Shown piece after piece: positions 1 to 11,559 of a stretch of 64,000 nt of DNA (the stretch's first letter is position 1; every line of letters starts with the position of its first letter). The notes beneath the pieces are model-generated. The model had not been told where the DNA came from. It saw only the letters and a list, made by a program, of their open reading frames with translations, and did no database searches. This DNA comes from Zootoca vivipara (Eukaryota): assembly GCF_963506605.1 (NCBI RefSeq), contig NC_083283.1:6820001-6884000 (forward strand), in the 5' to 3' direction. A program made the position numbers and the translations under genes.

Positions 1-111
1 TCTTTTAATAAATCTGGGGAAAATATTTTCTTCTGTTTTCTTCAAACATTCGAGTTCTACATGTGAAGAATTGTTTACTTCATTCCCTTTGCAATGAATC
101 TGTTTTCCAGA

Positions 112-371
112 CAGTGGCGGAGCTTCATGCTCCGCCCTGGGGGGCGGGGGCGGGGCTGGCGCCCATTCCAGGGCCATGGCATGCCTCCCAGAGGGCCGTG
201 GCGTATGTTCCAGGCGCGGGGCGCTCCTCCTGGAGGGGCATGACACACATTCTGGGGGGCGGGGCAGGCATTTTGGGGGCAGGGCGAGTGCCCATAATGG
301 GGCCCCTTGGAGCCCGCCACTTGGGGCAGACCGCCCAACCGCCCTACCGCCCCTATCTTCCTACGCCCCTG
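112..371. mobile_element. GC-rich hAT-type MITE
   Basis: Termini CAGTGGCGGAG / CTACGCCCCTG (imperfect TIR); 8-bp TSD TTTCCAGA (104-111) / TTTCTAGA (372-379); paralogous empty site at ~13510. Confidence 0.8.
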
Positions 372-538
372 TTTCTAGACCATTTAGCAAGTCATCCCTC
401 TCAACTCAAAATCTGTTGAAGCGGCATTTTTTTTTATTTCATTTTCTAAAACATACAAAACATTAATCCTAACAAAAAGGCAATCCAAAGGGCTTTTAAC
501 GATACTGTTAAAACAAGGATAAAAATTAACAGAGTAAA

Positions 539-539
<1 letters not shown>

Positions 540-578
<39 letters not shown>
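540..578. repeat. (AAT)n microsatellite
   Basis: Perfect trinucleotide run. Confidence 0.95.
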
Positions 579-609
579 GTACAGAGGAAAACAAGTACCA
601 AGAAATACC

Positions 610-1304
610 ATTCCATCTGCCCAGGTTGGGCAGGACCAATTCCATCTGACCCATTTGGGTCAGGACCATTTCCATCTGACCCCCTTTTGGGTCAGGACCA
701 GCTCCGACTTACCTAATGGTAGGTAAGTCAAGTAAACACCCTAAGGGATTGGAGGTACAGTTCACAGGCACTCTCCTCCCGCAAGGAATGTTCCCCAAGG
801 CTCATCTCTGTAATGGCCGCACCATCCTTGCCTATGGCAGGATGAATGGACTAGAGTCCCTGAGCCCCAGGATTCCTTTAATGGAATACTTCTATAAGGA
901 GCAAGTTAGGGGGGTAGGCATTTTTATGCCATGCCCCTCCTATACCAATTTTTAACGGCCAACCTAACAAGTTGTGACAAGTTGCTTGTCAGTAGGCAAA
1001 ACCAAATGGCAACAGCCAATCAGCCAAGTGGCAAAATTCCTACTGGGCCCCTGAAGACAGACGACCCCCGCAAACGGGCAAGCAGTGTCGATTAAAGCCT
1101 ACAGGAGCAGCGGCGGGCGGGTGGGAGATTCGAAGGCTTTCCGAGAGTGAGGCTAAAACGAAAGCAACTGAGCATTAAGTAAAAGGCTGCTGTCAATCAA
1201 AACTGCGACATGCCCCATGACTCAGCCTAAGAACAGCTCACCCCCTCCCACATTTCTTTTGAGCTCATCCGCAACCCCCACTACGCTCTATGGAGCGTAA
1301 TGGG
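610..1304. mobile_element. Unclassified insertion with ~30-bp tandem hairpin repeats, possibly a LINE 3' UTR on the minus strand
   Basis: Absent from paralogous units; three ~30-bp repeats at 611-700 each forming a hairpin; further hairpins at 706-729 and 1282-1299. Confidence 0.45.
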
Positions 1305-1521
1305 CTTTACAAAAGCATCAAACCCAGAAATGATATTATGGAGAAAGTAACTATATATGCAATAATTATATGCAAAAGCATTCCAAAACATTATGGAGGT
1401 AATTAAAGTTCTGGGCCTCAGACCACATCCAGTTCTCAATCCTTGGGCTGAGTCCTTTGACATCAGTCCAACAGCAAGTTAATTCCTCTCTTTTGAAACA
1501 TCAGATTTACTTTCATTAAAA

Positions 1522-1554
<33 letters not shown>

Positions 1555-1890
1555 GGGGGGGGGAGACTGATTGCTGGAGCTGGGTTGGAAGACAGTAATC
1601 TTTCTCTGCCACCCATCAGGTGCTTTGTGCCATTCTGATGATGAGTGTTACTTTCTGAGGCTGAACCCCACCACCCCACCACCATCACTGCATGAACTGA
1701 TATAGCAGATAATTTTAAAATATAAATAATAAATAAAATAAAAGTAATAAATAGTTAAGAAACAATTAAAAGAACCACAAAGAACTGCAGGCTTCACTCA
1801 TCTGACATCTCTGGGCATATATAAATTCAATAAATAATAATCAGCCATTGAAAAAATGGAGGGAGGTTTTACTTCTATGTCTCCACAGAG

Positions 1891-1935
<45 letters not shown>

Positions 1936-2009
1936 TATTATTATTATTATTATTATTTAGACCCCGCCAATCTGGCTCTTTTCCCCCAGCCATTCTGGGC
2001 AGCTTCCAA

Positions 2010-2287
2010 GGGAGCCAGTGTGGTGTAGTGGTTAAGAGTGGTAGACTGGGGAATGGGGAATGGGGTTCGCGTCTCCGCTGCTCTACATGCAGCTGCTGGG
2101 TGACCTTGGGCTAGTCACACTTCTCTAAAGTCTCTCAGCCCAACTCACCTCACAGAGTGTTTGTTGTGGGGGAGGAAGGGAAAGGAGAATGTTAGCCGCT
2201 TTGAGACTCCTTAGGGTAGTGATAAAGCGGGATATCAAATCCAAACTCCTCCTCCTCCTCCTCCTCCTCCTCCTCCTCTTCTTCTTC
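2010..2287 (+). mobile_element. tRNA-derived MIR-like SINE (L2-type tail, Squam3/POMSINE-like)
   Basis: Box A TGGTGTAGTGG, box B-like GGTTCGCGTCTCC, core GTGACCTTGGGCTAGTCAC, (CTC/CTT)n tail; related copies at ~9190 and ~19830. Confidence 0.75.
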
Positions 2288-2697
2288 AACAGAACATTGA
2301 AATACAATAATATATTGAACGTTAAAAGCTTCCCTAAACACTAATAATCTGTACTGTTCACATAATTATGTTCATGAGAGGAATAATCAAGGAAGTATGG
2401 GCAAGTTAAGGGAAGCAGTAATTAAATCAATCCAGTTAATCCGGGAGGAAGATAAGTGGAAGTTGTATGAGAGGAGAGGATAGTTTTATTTGTTTTATTT
2501 TAGTTAGTATTGTATCCTTATTTACTGTATGACACTTAATTTGAGTTAAGCCGAGAAATGAATAGATAGAGAGGTAGGCTATAAGAGATGAAGTTGCATA
2601 ATAGAGTATATTTACAACTTTATGTATTATCTGAAGGTTTGTAAATTATGATTTGTAAATTTTATATTTTTATGTTTTTGATTATTTTCAATAAAGC

Positions 2698-2740
<43 letters not shown>

Positions 2741-3240
2741 GTTATTATTATTAAAAAGCTTCCCTAAACAGGGCTGCCTTCAGATGTCTCCGAAAAGTCT
2801 GGTAGTTATTTTTCTCTTTGAAATCTGTGAGAGGGCATTCCACAGGGTGGGTGCCACTACCGAGAAGGCCCTCTGCCTGGTTTCCTGTGACTTGTCTTCT
2901 CGCAGTGAGAGAACTGCCAGAAGGCCCTCGGCACTGGGCAGTGTCTGGGTAGAACAATGCGGGTGGAGACAGTCCTTCAGGTATACTGGACCAAGGCCAT
3001 TTAGGGCTTTAAAGGTCAGCACCAAAACTTTGAATTGTGCTCAGAAACGTATTGGGAGCCAATGTAGATCTTTCAGACTGGTGTTACATGGTCTAGGTGG
3101 CCACTCCCAGTCACCAGTCTAGCTGCCGCATTCTGGATTAATTGTAGTTTCTGGGACACCTTCAAAGGTAGCCCCACGTAGAGCGCATTGCAGTAGTCCA
3201 AGCGAGAGATAACTAGAGCATGCACCACTCTGGCGAGACA
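2698..3240 (-). mobile_element. L2 LINE 3' fragment with (TAA)n tail
   Basis: Translations VHALVISRLDYCNALYVGLP...IQNAAARLVTG and LTFKALNGLGPVYL...RAFSVVAPTLWNAL are L2 ORF2 C-terminal motifs. Confidence 0.85.
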
Positions 3241-3272
3241 ATATGTGGATGTTAACAAATAGATTTATAATA

Positions 3273-3658
3273 CAGTGGTACCTCGAGTTAAGAACTTAAT
3301 TCGTTCCAGAGGTGCGTTCTTAACCTGTAACTGTTTCTAACATGAGGTAACACTTTAGCTATTGGAGCCTTCCGCTGCCACCGCGCCACCACCCCACGAC
3401 TTCTGTTCTTATCCTGAAGAAAGGTTCTTAACCTGAGGTACTATTTCTGGGATTGCGGAGTCTGTAACCCAGGCATCCCCAAACTTCGGCCCTCCAGATG
3501 TTTTGGACTACAATTCCCATCTTCCCCGACCACTGGTCCTGTTAGCTAGGGATCATGGGAGTTGTAGGCCAAAACATCTGGAGGGCCACAGTTTGGGGAT
3601 GCCTGCTGTAACCTGAACCGTCTGTAACCTGAAGCATCTGTAACACGAGGTACCACTG
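3273..3658. mobile_element. Tc1/mariner (Tigger-like) MITE with a nested hAT MITE
   Basis: TIR CAGTGGTACCTC...GAGGTACCACTG with TA flanks; empty paralogous site ~20935; uninterrupted paralog at 24843-25100. Confidence 0.85.
3470..3605. mobile_element. hAT-Charlie (URR1-like) palindromic MITE
   Basis: TIR CAGGCATCCCCAAAC / GTTTGGGGATGCCTG; perfect 8-bp TSD CTGTAACC (3462-3469, 3606-3613). Confidence 0.9.
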
Positions 3659-3848
3659 TAATAAGATACTGAGTTCAGAGTAGAACAAGTACCAAGAAGA
3701 AATAGAAGATGAAGCTTTCTGGGAGGGAAAAACCAATTGGAAAAACCAATCGGTTTTTTATTAAAGCCCTTGTGTTACAAAGCAAACATATAAACAGGGA
3801 AAGATACATCTGTCATCTCCATTTCAGTTCACAATCTTTTTTCACTTT

Positions 3849-3972
3849 CAGCTAGGTAGCCGTGTTGGTCTGACACACTCTCTCTCTATATATATACTGT
3901 ATTCCAGTAGCACCTTAGAGACCAAATAAGGTTGTTCTTGATATAAGCTTTTGTGTGCATGCACACTTCTTC
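3849..3972 (-). mobile_element. Degenerate Penelope pLTR-end fragment with hammerhead relic
   Basis: Minus strand GAAGAAGTGTGCATGCACACAAAAGCTTATA...GGTCTCTAAGGTGCTACTG...AGACCAACACGGCTACCTA matches pLTR 53689-53805; core motifs mutated. Confidence 0.8.
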
Positions 3973-3996
3973 GATTTTTTTTTTTTTTTGCAGTTA

Positions 3997-4967
3997 TCAG
4001 ATCCGGGTTTGGACCTGAAAGTCTCTTTTTTTGCTGCAATCTTCCTCTTCCTTGAAAACCCTCTGGAATATGACCTTCACGCTCTCCCTAGACGGACTGT
4101 GTTTCTTTCTTCCAACCAGGAAATAAATCAAAGGGTTAACACTGCTGTTTAGGCAACTGCATAAGAGCCCAAACAATATTGCAGTATCATTGTCACCATT
4201 GTGGGAGATATATAATAGAATGCAGGTTAATGGAAAAGCTAAGAAGAGGAAGAAGAGGAGGGCAAGTAGGATGGCTGTTAAAGCTTTTCCCTTCTTCCTT
4301 TGTTTTGATCTAAAGTAAACTTTTATAAACAGGACCAGAGTGGAAACAGTCATGAGTGGGAGGCAAAGGATAGCATTCACTAGAAGCAGGTAGAAAAGGG
4401 GATACGTTGTAACTCTAAAAATAAAAAGAATCATGCCGATTACAGTGAGCAGGAAAGAAATGATCCATATTGTGGCACAAACAAGGGTGGAAAAGTGTGG
4501 TGGTCGGTGGCATCGATGCCAAAGGGGGAAGACGACAGAAACACACCTGTCCATGCTAATGGCTGTCAACAGATATTGACCTGTGTTGTAAATGAAGAAA
4601 AACAAATTATGAACAAATAAATATTAGTAATTGTGTCTGAAAATGAACTCAGAATTCTCATAATCAAAAGAGAAGATAAGCACATGAGAGCCCCAAGGTC
4701 AGCAACAGCCAGATGTAGTATGAAAGTGGTGAAAGGATTCCTCTTCATGCAAAAACCAAGAAACCAGATGACAGTTCCATTCCCTATCAGTCCAAAAATG
4801 CTAATAACTGGAATTAAGACAAAGAGAATAATGTCTATTATAGGATATAGTGATGATCCATGATCAAAACCATCCTGGGGTTTTAGGAGGTCAGTTCCAT
4901 TTTCTGCTCCAATATCTTCCCATGAAGCATTCAAAGTGGACCAGGATTCCAGGCTATCATTGCTCAT
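3997..4967 (-). pseudogene. MAS-related GPCR copy 1, frameshifted
   Basis: Two overlapping ORFs (4566-5096, 3997-4605) join into a 7TM receptor (GNGTVIWFL, LAVADL, SMDRC, NPLIYF); ~4-nt deletion near 4606 relative to copy 5; ATG at 4967 follows a pyrimidine-rich ...TTGTAG acceptor (exon starts ~5011). Confidence 0.85.
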
Positions 4968-5981
4968 CTTGCTGGATCTCTGCTTTTTAGCTAATGCTTG
5001 CAAGGCTCTTCCTACAAGAGGAAAATAAAGAAATGTGGATAAAGAAATTAATAAAAAGTTTTGGCTATAAAGCTCAATGATACTAAGGTGATACACTCAA
5101 ACAATAATAAAAGAGACATGCTATGGTGAGAATTCATGACTGATAAATAAACATGTGAAGAATATTGTTCTATGTTTGTCAAAATTTATCGGCTTCAAAG
5201 GCTTTGGGGGGATGCAGTTTGTCAATGGGTTATGGATCTTTCCTCCGAGTAAAAAAATCTGCAGGCACAGCATTTCTGAACTAAAATCCTCATTTTCTGG
5301 TCTCTGACTCAGCCTTAAGATATGGAACTAACCTCTCCTGTCGTAGACATTGTGAGTGGGATGGTTGGGTGGTGGTGAAGAGGAGTGGGAACAGCTCTTG
5401 TGATTAGGGAAACAAAGGCAGAATGATTTGGGAAGGCATCTGTAATTTTATTATTATTAAAATGTGATTTTGAACAAAAGTGGATAAAATAAAACTCAAG
5501 TCGAATTGAGATTGATAAGAAATTTGAAAATCAAAAAAGACCCACAATAGATTAGTGAGACATCAAGATTTAGTCTTTCCTGTCTAGTACTTTCTGCTCT
5601 GACTGGATTTGGAAACCAAAAATTCCTGCCGTCTTCACCAGCCACCAACCTGTATCCTTCTAACCGAAGACTCCATGGAGTTAGCTTGGCCCACTTATCT
5701 GCAAAAGGTGCTCAGCATTGCCATTCAGCTACACTTGCCTCCTACCTTTGTTAATGAATGAAATCAAATTTAGCTATTTACATACCTGTCTAAAACTGTG
5801 GATCAGCATCCCTCAGGCATGCTGAGTGGGAGCAGCAAGTGGTGCTGGAATAAGCAGGTAATCTGGATATTTGCAGAAATTGTTCAGATGCCTCATCTGG
5901 TTCTTAGCAAGATGTGTAGGATCCTTCCCATGTGTATCCATTTCTGTGTAATCCATCTGCCAGCATCATGTAATAAGATGG

Positions 5982-6349
5982 TGTTAAGTCTCGAACCTCA
6001 AGACGGCCACACGTTCCAACGTTGAAGAGAAGTTTTATTTACAGTAACAAAATACAACAAGCTACAGTCTCAAGCCACGGCTCTCACTGAGTGTTCGGCG
6101 TTGTTCCGCCTCCCTTTATCCCTCTGTGGGAACCACACCTTCTTCCTTCTATCAAGTGACGTCAGCCTCCCTCTCTCTTGTAACCCGCCCTCTGTCTCTG
6201 CTTCACGCCAAGTGGATTATTAAGAGCTTCGGGAGAGCTGTTTCCTGATATCTCTCTAAACTGTTCACTCCCCCTCTGCATTCCCCAATTCTGGGCCACC
6301 ATCCAAATCAGTCAGCTGTGAATGTTCACTTGTTGACCCTATGCTGACC
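5982..6349 (-). mobile_element. Solo LTR
   Basis: 368-bp insertion absent from paralogs; 5-bp TSD GATGG (5977-5981, 6350-6354); starts TGTT, ends CTGACC (CA end mutated); AATAAA on minus strand, TGACGTCA and GC boxes inside. Confidence 0.7.
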
Positions 6350-7586
6350 GATGGTTGTATTGCACATTGCGTCTCAGGATAGCATTTGACAAACTCTTGC
6401 CTTCTAAAGTTCAGTGTCCCAAGCAGGCACACTTGAGAATAGAGAGTTTTCAAATGGTAAGCAAGCCCAAGTTCTCTTTGTCCCTATCTGGAGAAATATC
6501 AGTATTGATTAGAAATATCATTATTGATCACCTTACCCATTAACAGAAAGACCAACCAGTGTATTCAGAGAGTAATCAGCTTGCCATTGGATCTGCTGGG
6601 GAAGAACGTAGGCTGGGGTGCAGAACTATATCTGAAGAACAAAAAGAGAGTCCTGCTAGATCAGTTCACTGTCCTCTTGTCACAGTGGCCAAACAGATGC
6701 TTCAAGAAGCCCACAAACAGCTTCTGAACGCTTCTGCCCTATCCCAGATGCATCAGTTCTTTAAAGCTTCTAATTTTTTGGAGTCCTCTTCATTCCATGC
6801 TGTGTGTGAGAGAGACCTATTGCAACCCTCCCTTCTGCCTGGTTCTTCGTTTTTCTCCCCCTCAGTCATTCAATATCACATGCCACTGAATCTTCTTCTG
6901 TTTGTTCTGGGGGTTTAATGCCCCTCTCAGAATTACTGAAGCATGCCTCTTATACAATGGTGGTATAGTTTTGAAAACAGGAGTCCAAACATGGGAAGTA
7001 TCAACTTGATATTACTGCGCATGAGACTCAAATATTGGATATAGAAGACTCTGTATGAGAGTGGTATGCTGGGCACATGTTCATGACCGTTAAATGTCAG
7101 GACATTGTTATCTGCCACCAGAGGTATCTTGCTTGAACATCTGCAGAAGATAGTTGGGTGTTTTCTGTGAGAGAAGACGGTTACAAAAGCATCAGACCCA
7201 AAACTTACATTATGGGGAATGTAACTACAGTATATATCCAATAATTATATGCAAAAGCTTTCCAAACATTATGGGGGTAATTAAAGTTCTGGGCCTCAGA
7301 CCACCTCCAGTTCTCAATCCTTGGGCTAAGTCATTCAGTATCAGTATAACAGCAAGTTAATTCCTCTTTGAAACATCAGATTTACTTTCATTACCCCCCC
7401 CCCCCCCCGAGAGAGAGAGAGAGAGAGGGAGAGAGCATGATTGCTGGAGCTGGGTTGGAAGACATTAATCTTTCTCTGCCACCCATCCGGTGCTTTGTGC
7501 CATTCTGATGATGAGTGTTACCTGCTCAGACTGATTTTTGTTAGCCTTTTATGTAACCAGCTTGCTGCCTCTCAATTGCATTTGAG

Positions 7587-7810
7587 TAGGGGTCAGCAAA
7601 CTTTTTCAGCAGGGGGGCTGGTCCACATTCCCTCAGACCTTGTGGGGGGCTGGACTATATTTTGAAAAAACAACAACCCAGAGATGCATTTTAAATAAAA
7701 GGACACATTCTACTCATGTAAAATCATGCTGATTCCCGGACCATCCGCGGGCCGGATTTAGAAGGCAATTGGGCCAGATCCGGCCCCCGGGCCTTATATT
7801 GGGGCACCTG
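7587..7810. mobile_element. hAT-Charlie MITE
   Basis: (T/C)AGGGGTCAGCAAAC...GGGCACCTG ends; ~8-bp TSD CATTTGAG/CATTAGAC; empty paralogous site ~29010. Confidence 0.75.
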
Positions 7811-8150
7811 CATTAGACCCTTTGGACATTGTGGTAGGTCACTTAGGTTGCGCCAGTGAAAAGCTAATCAGCTGAAGAGGAGCCCAGTCGTCTTCTCTCC
7901 TGCTCAGAGGTGACTCTTCCAACTCAAAGTCTGTTGAAACGGCATTTCTTTTTATTTCATTTTCTAAAACATACAAAACATTAATCCTGCAAAATAGGCA
8001 GGGGCTTTTAACGATACTGCTAAAATGAGGACAAAAATTAACAGAGTAAATGAATCCTAAATTAAAAAAAGAGTGAGTACAGAGGAAAACAAGTACCAAG
8101 AAATACACCAAGAGATAGAAAATGAAGCTTTCTGAGCTATTTTGAAGTCT

Positions 8151-9119
8151 TCACATCCAGGTTTGAACTGGAACTTCTCGCTTCTCTCTGCAGTTTTCCT
8201 CCTCTTTGAAAAGCCTCTGGAGTATGACCTTCATGCTCTCCTTAGATCGAGCCCTCTTGTTTCTTCCAATCAGGAAATAAATCAGTGGGTTGATACTGCT
8301 ATTCAGGCAACTGCATAATAACCCAACAGATATAACAAATTGCACATTGTAATCTATAAGTGGAGTGAAAAAACGGATTAATAAAATGCAAGTAAATGGG
8401 AAAGCTAAGAAGAGGAAGAAGAGGAGGGCAAGTAGGATGGCTGTTAAAGCTTTTCCCTTCTTCCTCTGTTTTGATCTAAAGTAAACTTTTATAAACAGGA
8501 CCAGAGTGGAAACAGTCATGAGTGGGAGGCAAAGGATAGCATTCACTAGAAGCAGGTAGGAAACACTAAAAATAGAAGGAATCATGCCGATTACAGTGAG
8601 CAGGAAAGAAATGATCCATATTGTGGCACAAACAAGGGTGGAAAAGTGTGGTGGTCGGTGGCATCGATGCCAAAGGGGGAAGACGACAGAAACACACCTG
8701 TCCATGCTAATGGCTGTCAACAGATATTGATCCGTGTTGTACATAAACATAAAACAATACAAGAACAAATCCATATAGGGAGGTGAAAATGAAAATAACG
8801 CCAGAAGAAGCATTATCAAAAGAGAGCATAAGCACATGAGAACCCCAAGGTCAGCAACAGCCAGATGTAGTATGAAAGTGGTGAAAGGATTCCTCTTCAT
8901 GCAAAAACCAAGAAACCAGATGACAGTTCCATTCCCCATAAGTCCAAGAATGCTAATAACTGGAATTAAGAGAAAGAGAATAATTCCTGCTATAGGATAT
9001 GTTGATAATTCATGATCAAAACCGTCCTCGGGGGTTAGGAGGTCAGTTCCATTTTCTGCTCCAATATCTTCCCATGAACCATTCAAAGTGGACCAGGATC
9101 CCAGGCCATCATTGCTCAT
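8151..9119 (-). CDS. MAS-related GPCR copy 2 (MRGPRH/MAS1-like), 322 aa
   Basis: Intact ORF, 7 hydrophobic segments, GNGTVIWFL, RNPFT, LAVADL, AISMDRC, WHRCHRP, NSSINPLIYF. Confidence 0.92.
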   Translation of the reverse strand: MSNDGLGSWSTLNGSWEDIGAENGTDLLTPEDGFDHELSTYPIAGIILFLLIPVISILGLMGNGTVIWFLGFCMKRNPFTTFILHLAVADLGVLMCLCSLLIMLLLALFSFSPPYMDLFLYCFMFMYNTDQYLLTAISMDRCVSVVFPLWHRCHRPPHFSTLVCATIWIISFLLTVIGMIPSIFSVSYLLLVNAILCLPLMTVSTLVLFIKVYFRSKQRKKGKALTAILLALLFFLFLAFPFTCILLIRFFTPLIDYNVQFVISVGLLCSCLNSSINPLIYFLIGRNKRARSKESMKVILQRLFKEEENCREKREVPVQTWM

Positions 9120-9188
9120 CTTGATGTATCTCTACTTTTGAGCTACTCCTTGCATGGCTCTTCCTAGCAGGAGAAAATAAAGAAATGT

Positions 9189-9440
9189 GGAGTCAGTTTT
9201 GGTGTAGTTGTTAAGAGCGGTGGAATTATAATCAGGCGAACTGGGTTCGCTTTCCCGGTCCCCACATGCAGCTGCTGGGTGACCCTGGGCTAGTCACACT
9301 TCTCTGAAGTCTCTCAGCCTCACTCACCTCATAGAGTGTTTGTTGTGAGGTAGGAAATGAAAGGAGATCGTTATCCGCTTTGGGACTTTTTGAGGAGAGT
9401 GGAAGGCGGGATATCAAGTCCAAACTCCTCCTCTTCTTTT
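9189..9440 (+). mobile_element. tRNA-derived MIR-like SINE
   Basis: Same family as 2010-2287; lies just upstream of the coding-exon acceptor of copy 2. Confidence 0.7.
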
Positions 9441-9749
9441 CACCATGAAGCTAAACTATGTTAAACTGTGATATACAATCAATAATAAAAGAGACATGCT
9501 AGAGCAGAAATTCGTGACTGATAAAGAAACAAAGAAACACTTTAGGAATATTGTTCATTTATTTGAACAAGCCAGGACCAAATAAAAATCAAGTCAAATT
9601 CAGATTGATAAGAGATATGAAATTCAGAAAAAGACCCACAATAGATTATCCAGACAGCAAGATTTAGTCCATCCTGCCTATTACTTTCTGCTCTGACTGG
9701 ATTTGGAAACCAAAAATTCCTGCCCTCTTCACCAGCCATCAACCTGTAA

Positions 9750-10211
9750 TAATAATAGTAATAATAATAATTTATTATTTATACCCCGCCCATCTGGCCG
9801 GGTTCCCCCAGCCACTCTGGGCGGCTTCCAACAAAACAGAAATTCTAAAATACAGAAATCCATCAAACATTAAAATACAGAAATCCATCAAAAATTAAAA
9901 GCTTCCCTAAACAGGGCTGCCTTGAGATGCCTTCTAAAGGTCTGGTAATTGTTGTTCTCTTTGACCTCTAGTGGGAGGGCATTCCACAGGGTGGGTGCCA
10001 CTACCAAGAAGGCCCTCTGCCTGGTTCCCTGTAACTTGGCTTCTCGTAGTGAGGGAACCGCCAGAAGGCCCTTGGAGCTGGACCTCAGTGTCAGGGCAGA
10101 ACGATGGGGGTGGAGACGCTCCTTCAGGTATACCGGACCGAGGCCGTTTAGGGCTTTAAAGGTCAACACCAACACTTTGAATTGTGCTCAGAAACGTACT
10201 GGGAGCCAATG
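9750..10211 (-). mobile_element. L2 LINE 3' fragment
   Basis: ORF 9888-10175 LVLTFKALNGLGP...TFRRHLKAALFREAF; TAA-rich tail; absent from paralogous units. Confidence 0.85.
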
Positions 10212-11517
10212 TATCCTTTGAACTGAAGACTCCATGGCTCACCTATCTGCAAAAGGTGCACAGCATTGCCATTCAGCTACAGTTGCCTCCTACCTTTGCT
10301 AATGAATGAAATCAAATTCGGCAATTCGCATACCATACCTGTCTAAAACTTTGGATCAGCATCCCTCAGGCATGGTGAGTGGGAGCAGCAAGTGGTGCTG
10401 GAATAAGCAGGTAATCAGAAGATTTGCAGAAATTGTTTAGATGCCTCATCTGGTTCTTAGCAAGATGTGTAGGATCCTTCCCATGTGTCTTCAGTTCTGG
10501 GTAATCCATTTGCCAGCATCATGTGATAAGATGGTTGTATCGCACATCGCGTCTCAGGATAGCATTTGACAAACTCTTGCCTTCTAAAGTTCAGTGTCCC
10601 AAGCAGGCACACTTGAGAATAGAGAGTTTGCAAGTGGTAAGCAAGTCCAACTTATCTTTGTCCTTATCTGGAGAAATATCTTTATTGATTAGAGTGTCAC
10701 CCGACAGAAAGACCAACCAGTGTATTGAGAGAGGAATCAGCTTGCCATTGGTTCTGCTGGGGAAGAACGTAGGCTGGGGTGCAGAATTATATATGAAGAA
10801 CAAAAAAGAGAGTCCTGCTAGATCAGGTCAGTAGCCCCTGCAGCCAACTGTCCTGGTCTCACAGTGGCCAAACAGATGCTTCAGGAAGCCTACAAACAGC
10901 TTCTGAACACAATAGTACTTTCCTTCCACATGATGTTCTGCTGGCAGGCCTTAATCTCCTTAATTTTACAACCTTGTTGGGAAAACTTTGACATGTGGGA
11001 GGCCAATCTGTGTTTTTGGGTGGGACCTGGGCACACTTCTGCCTAATCCCATATTCATCAATTCTTTAAAGCCTCTATCTTTTTGGAGTACTCTTCATTC
11101 CATCCTGTGTGAGAGAGAGAGACCTTCTGTGTGCCGCCTTCCACCTGGTTCTTATCCCCCCCTCCCACAGTCATTCAATATCCCATGCCACTGAATCTTC
11201 TTTAGTTTGTTCTGGGGGTTTTATGCCACTCTCAGAGCTACTGAAGCATGCCTCTTACACAATAGTGGTATAGTTTTGAATACAGGAGTCCAAACATGGG
11301 AAGTATCAACTTGATATTACTGTGCATGAGACTCAAATATGTGATATAGAAGACTCCGTATGAGAGTGGTATGCTGGGCACATGTTCATGACCGTTAAAT
11401 GTCAGGACATTGTTATCTGCCACCAGAGCTATCTTGCTTGGACATCTGCAGAATATAGTTGGGTGTTCTCTGTGAGAGAAGACGGTTACAAAAGCATCAG
11501 ACCCAAAACTTACATTA

Positions 11518-11559
11518 TGGTATCTGAAGAAGTGTGCATGCACACGAAAGCTCATACCA
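11518..11559 (+). ncRNA. Minimal type I hammerhead ribozyme
   Basis: TGGTAT-CTGAAGA-A-GTGTGCATGCACAC-GAAA-GC-TC^ATACCA; predicted cleavage after C11553. Confidence 0.8.

Noticed and set aside
611-700. CRISPR-like palindromic repeats
   Set aside because: No unique spacers, only three units, eukaryotic context, no cas genes
10523-11555. Recurrent short ORFs in the duplicated upstream segment (MIRWL..., MAKQMLQ..., ...IRGMLQ)
   Set aside because: Recurrence is explained by segmental duplication; frames and stops differ between copies. A CADD motif near 33525 hints at an ancient LINE but I cannot support it
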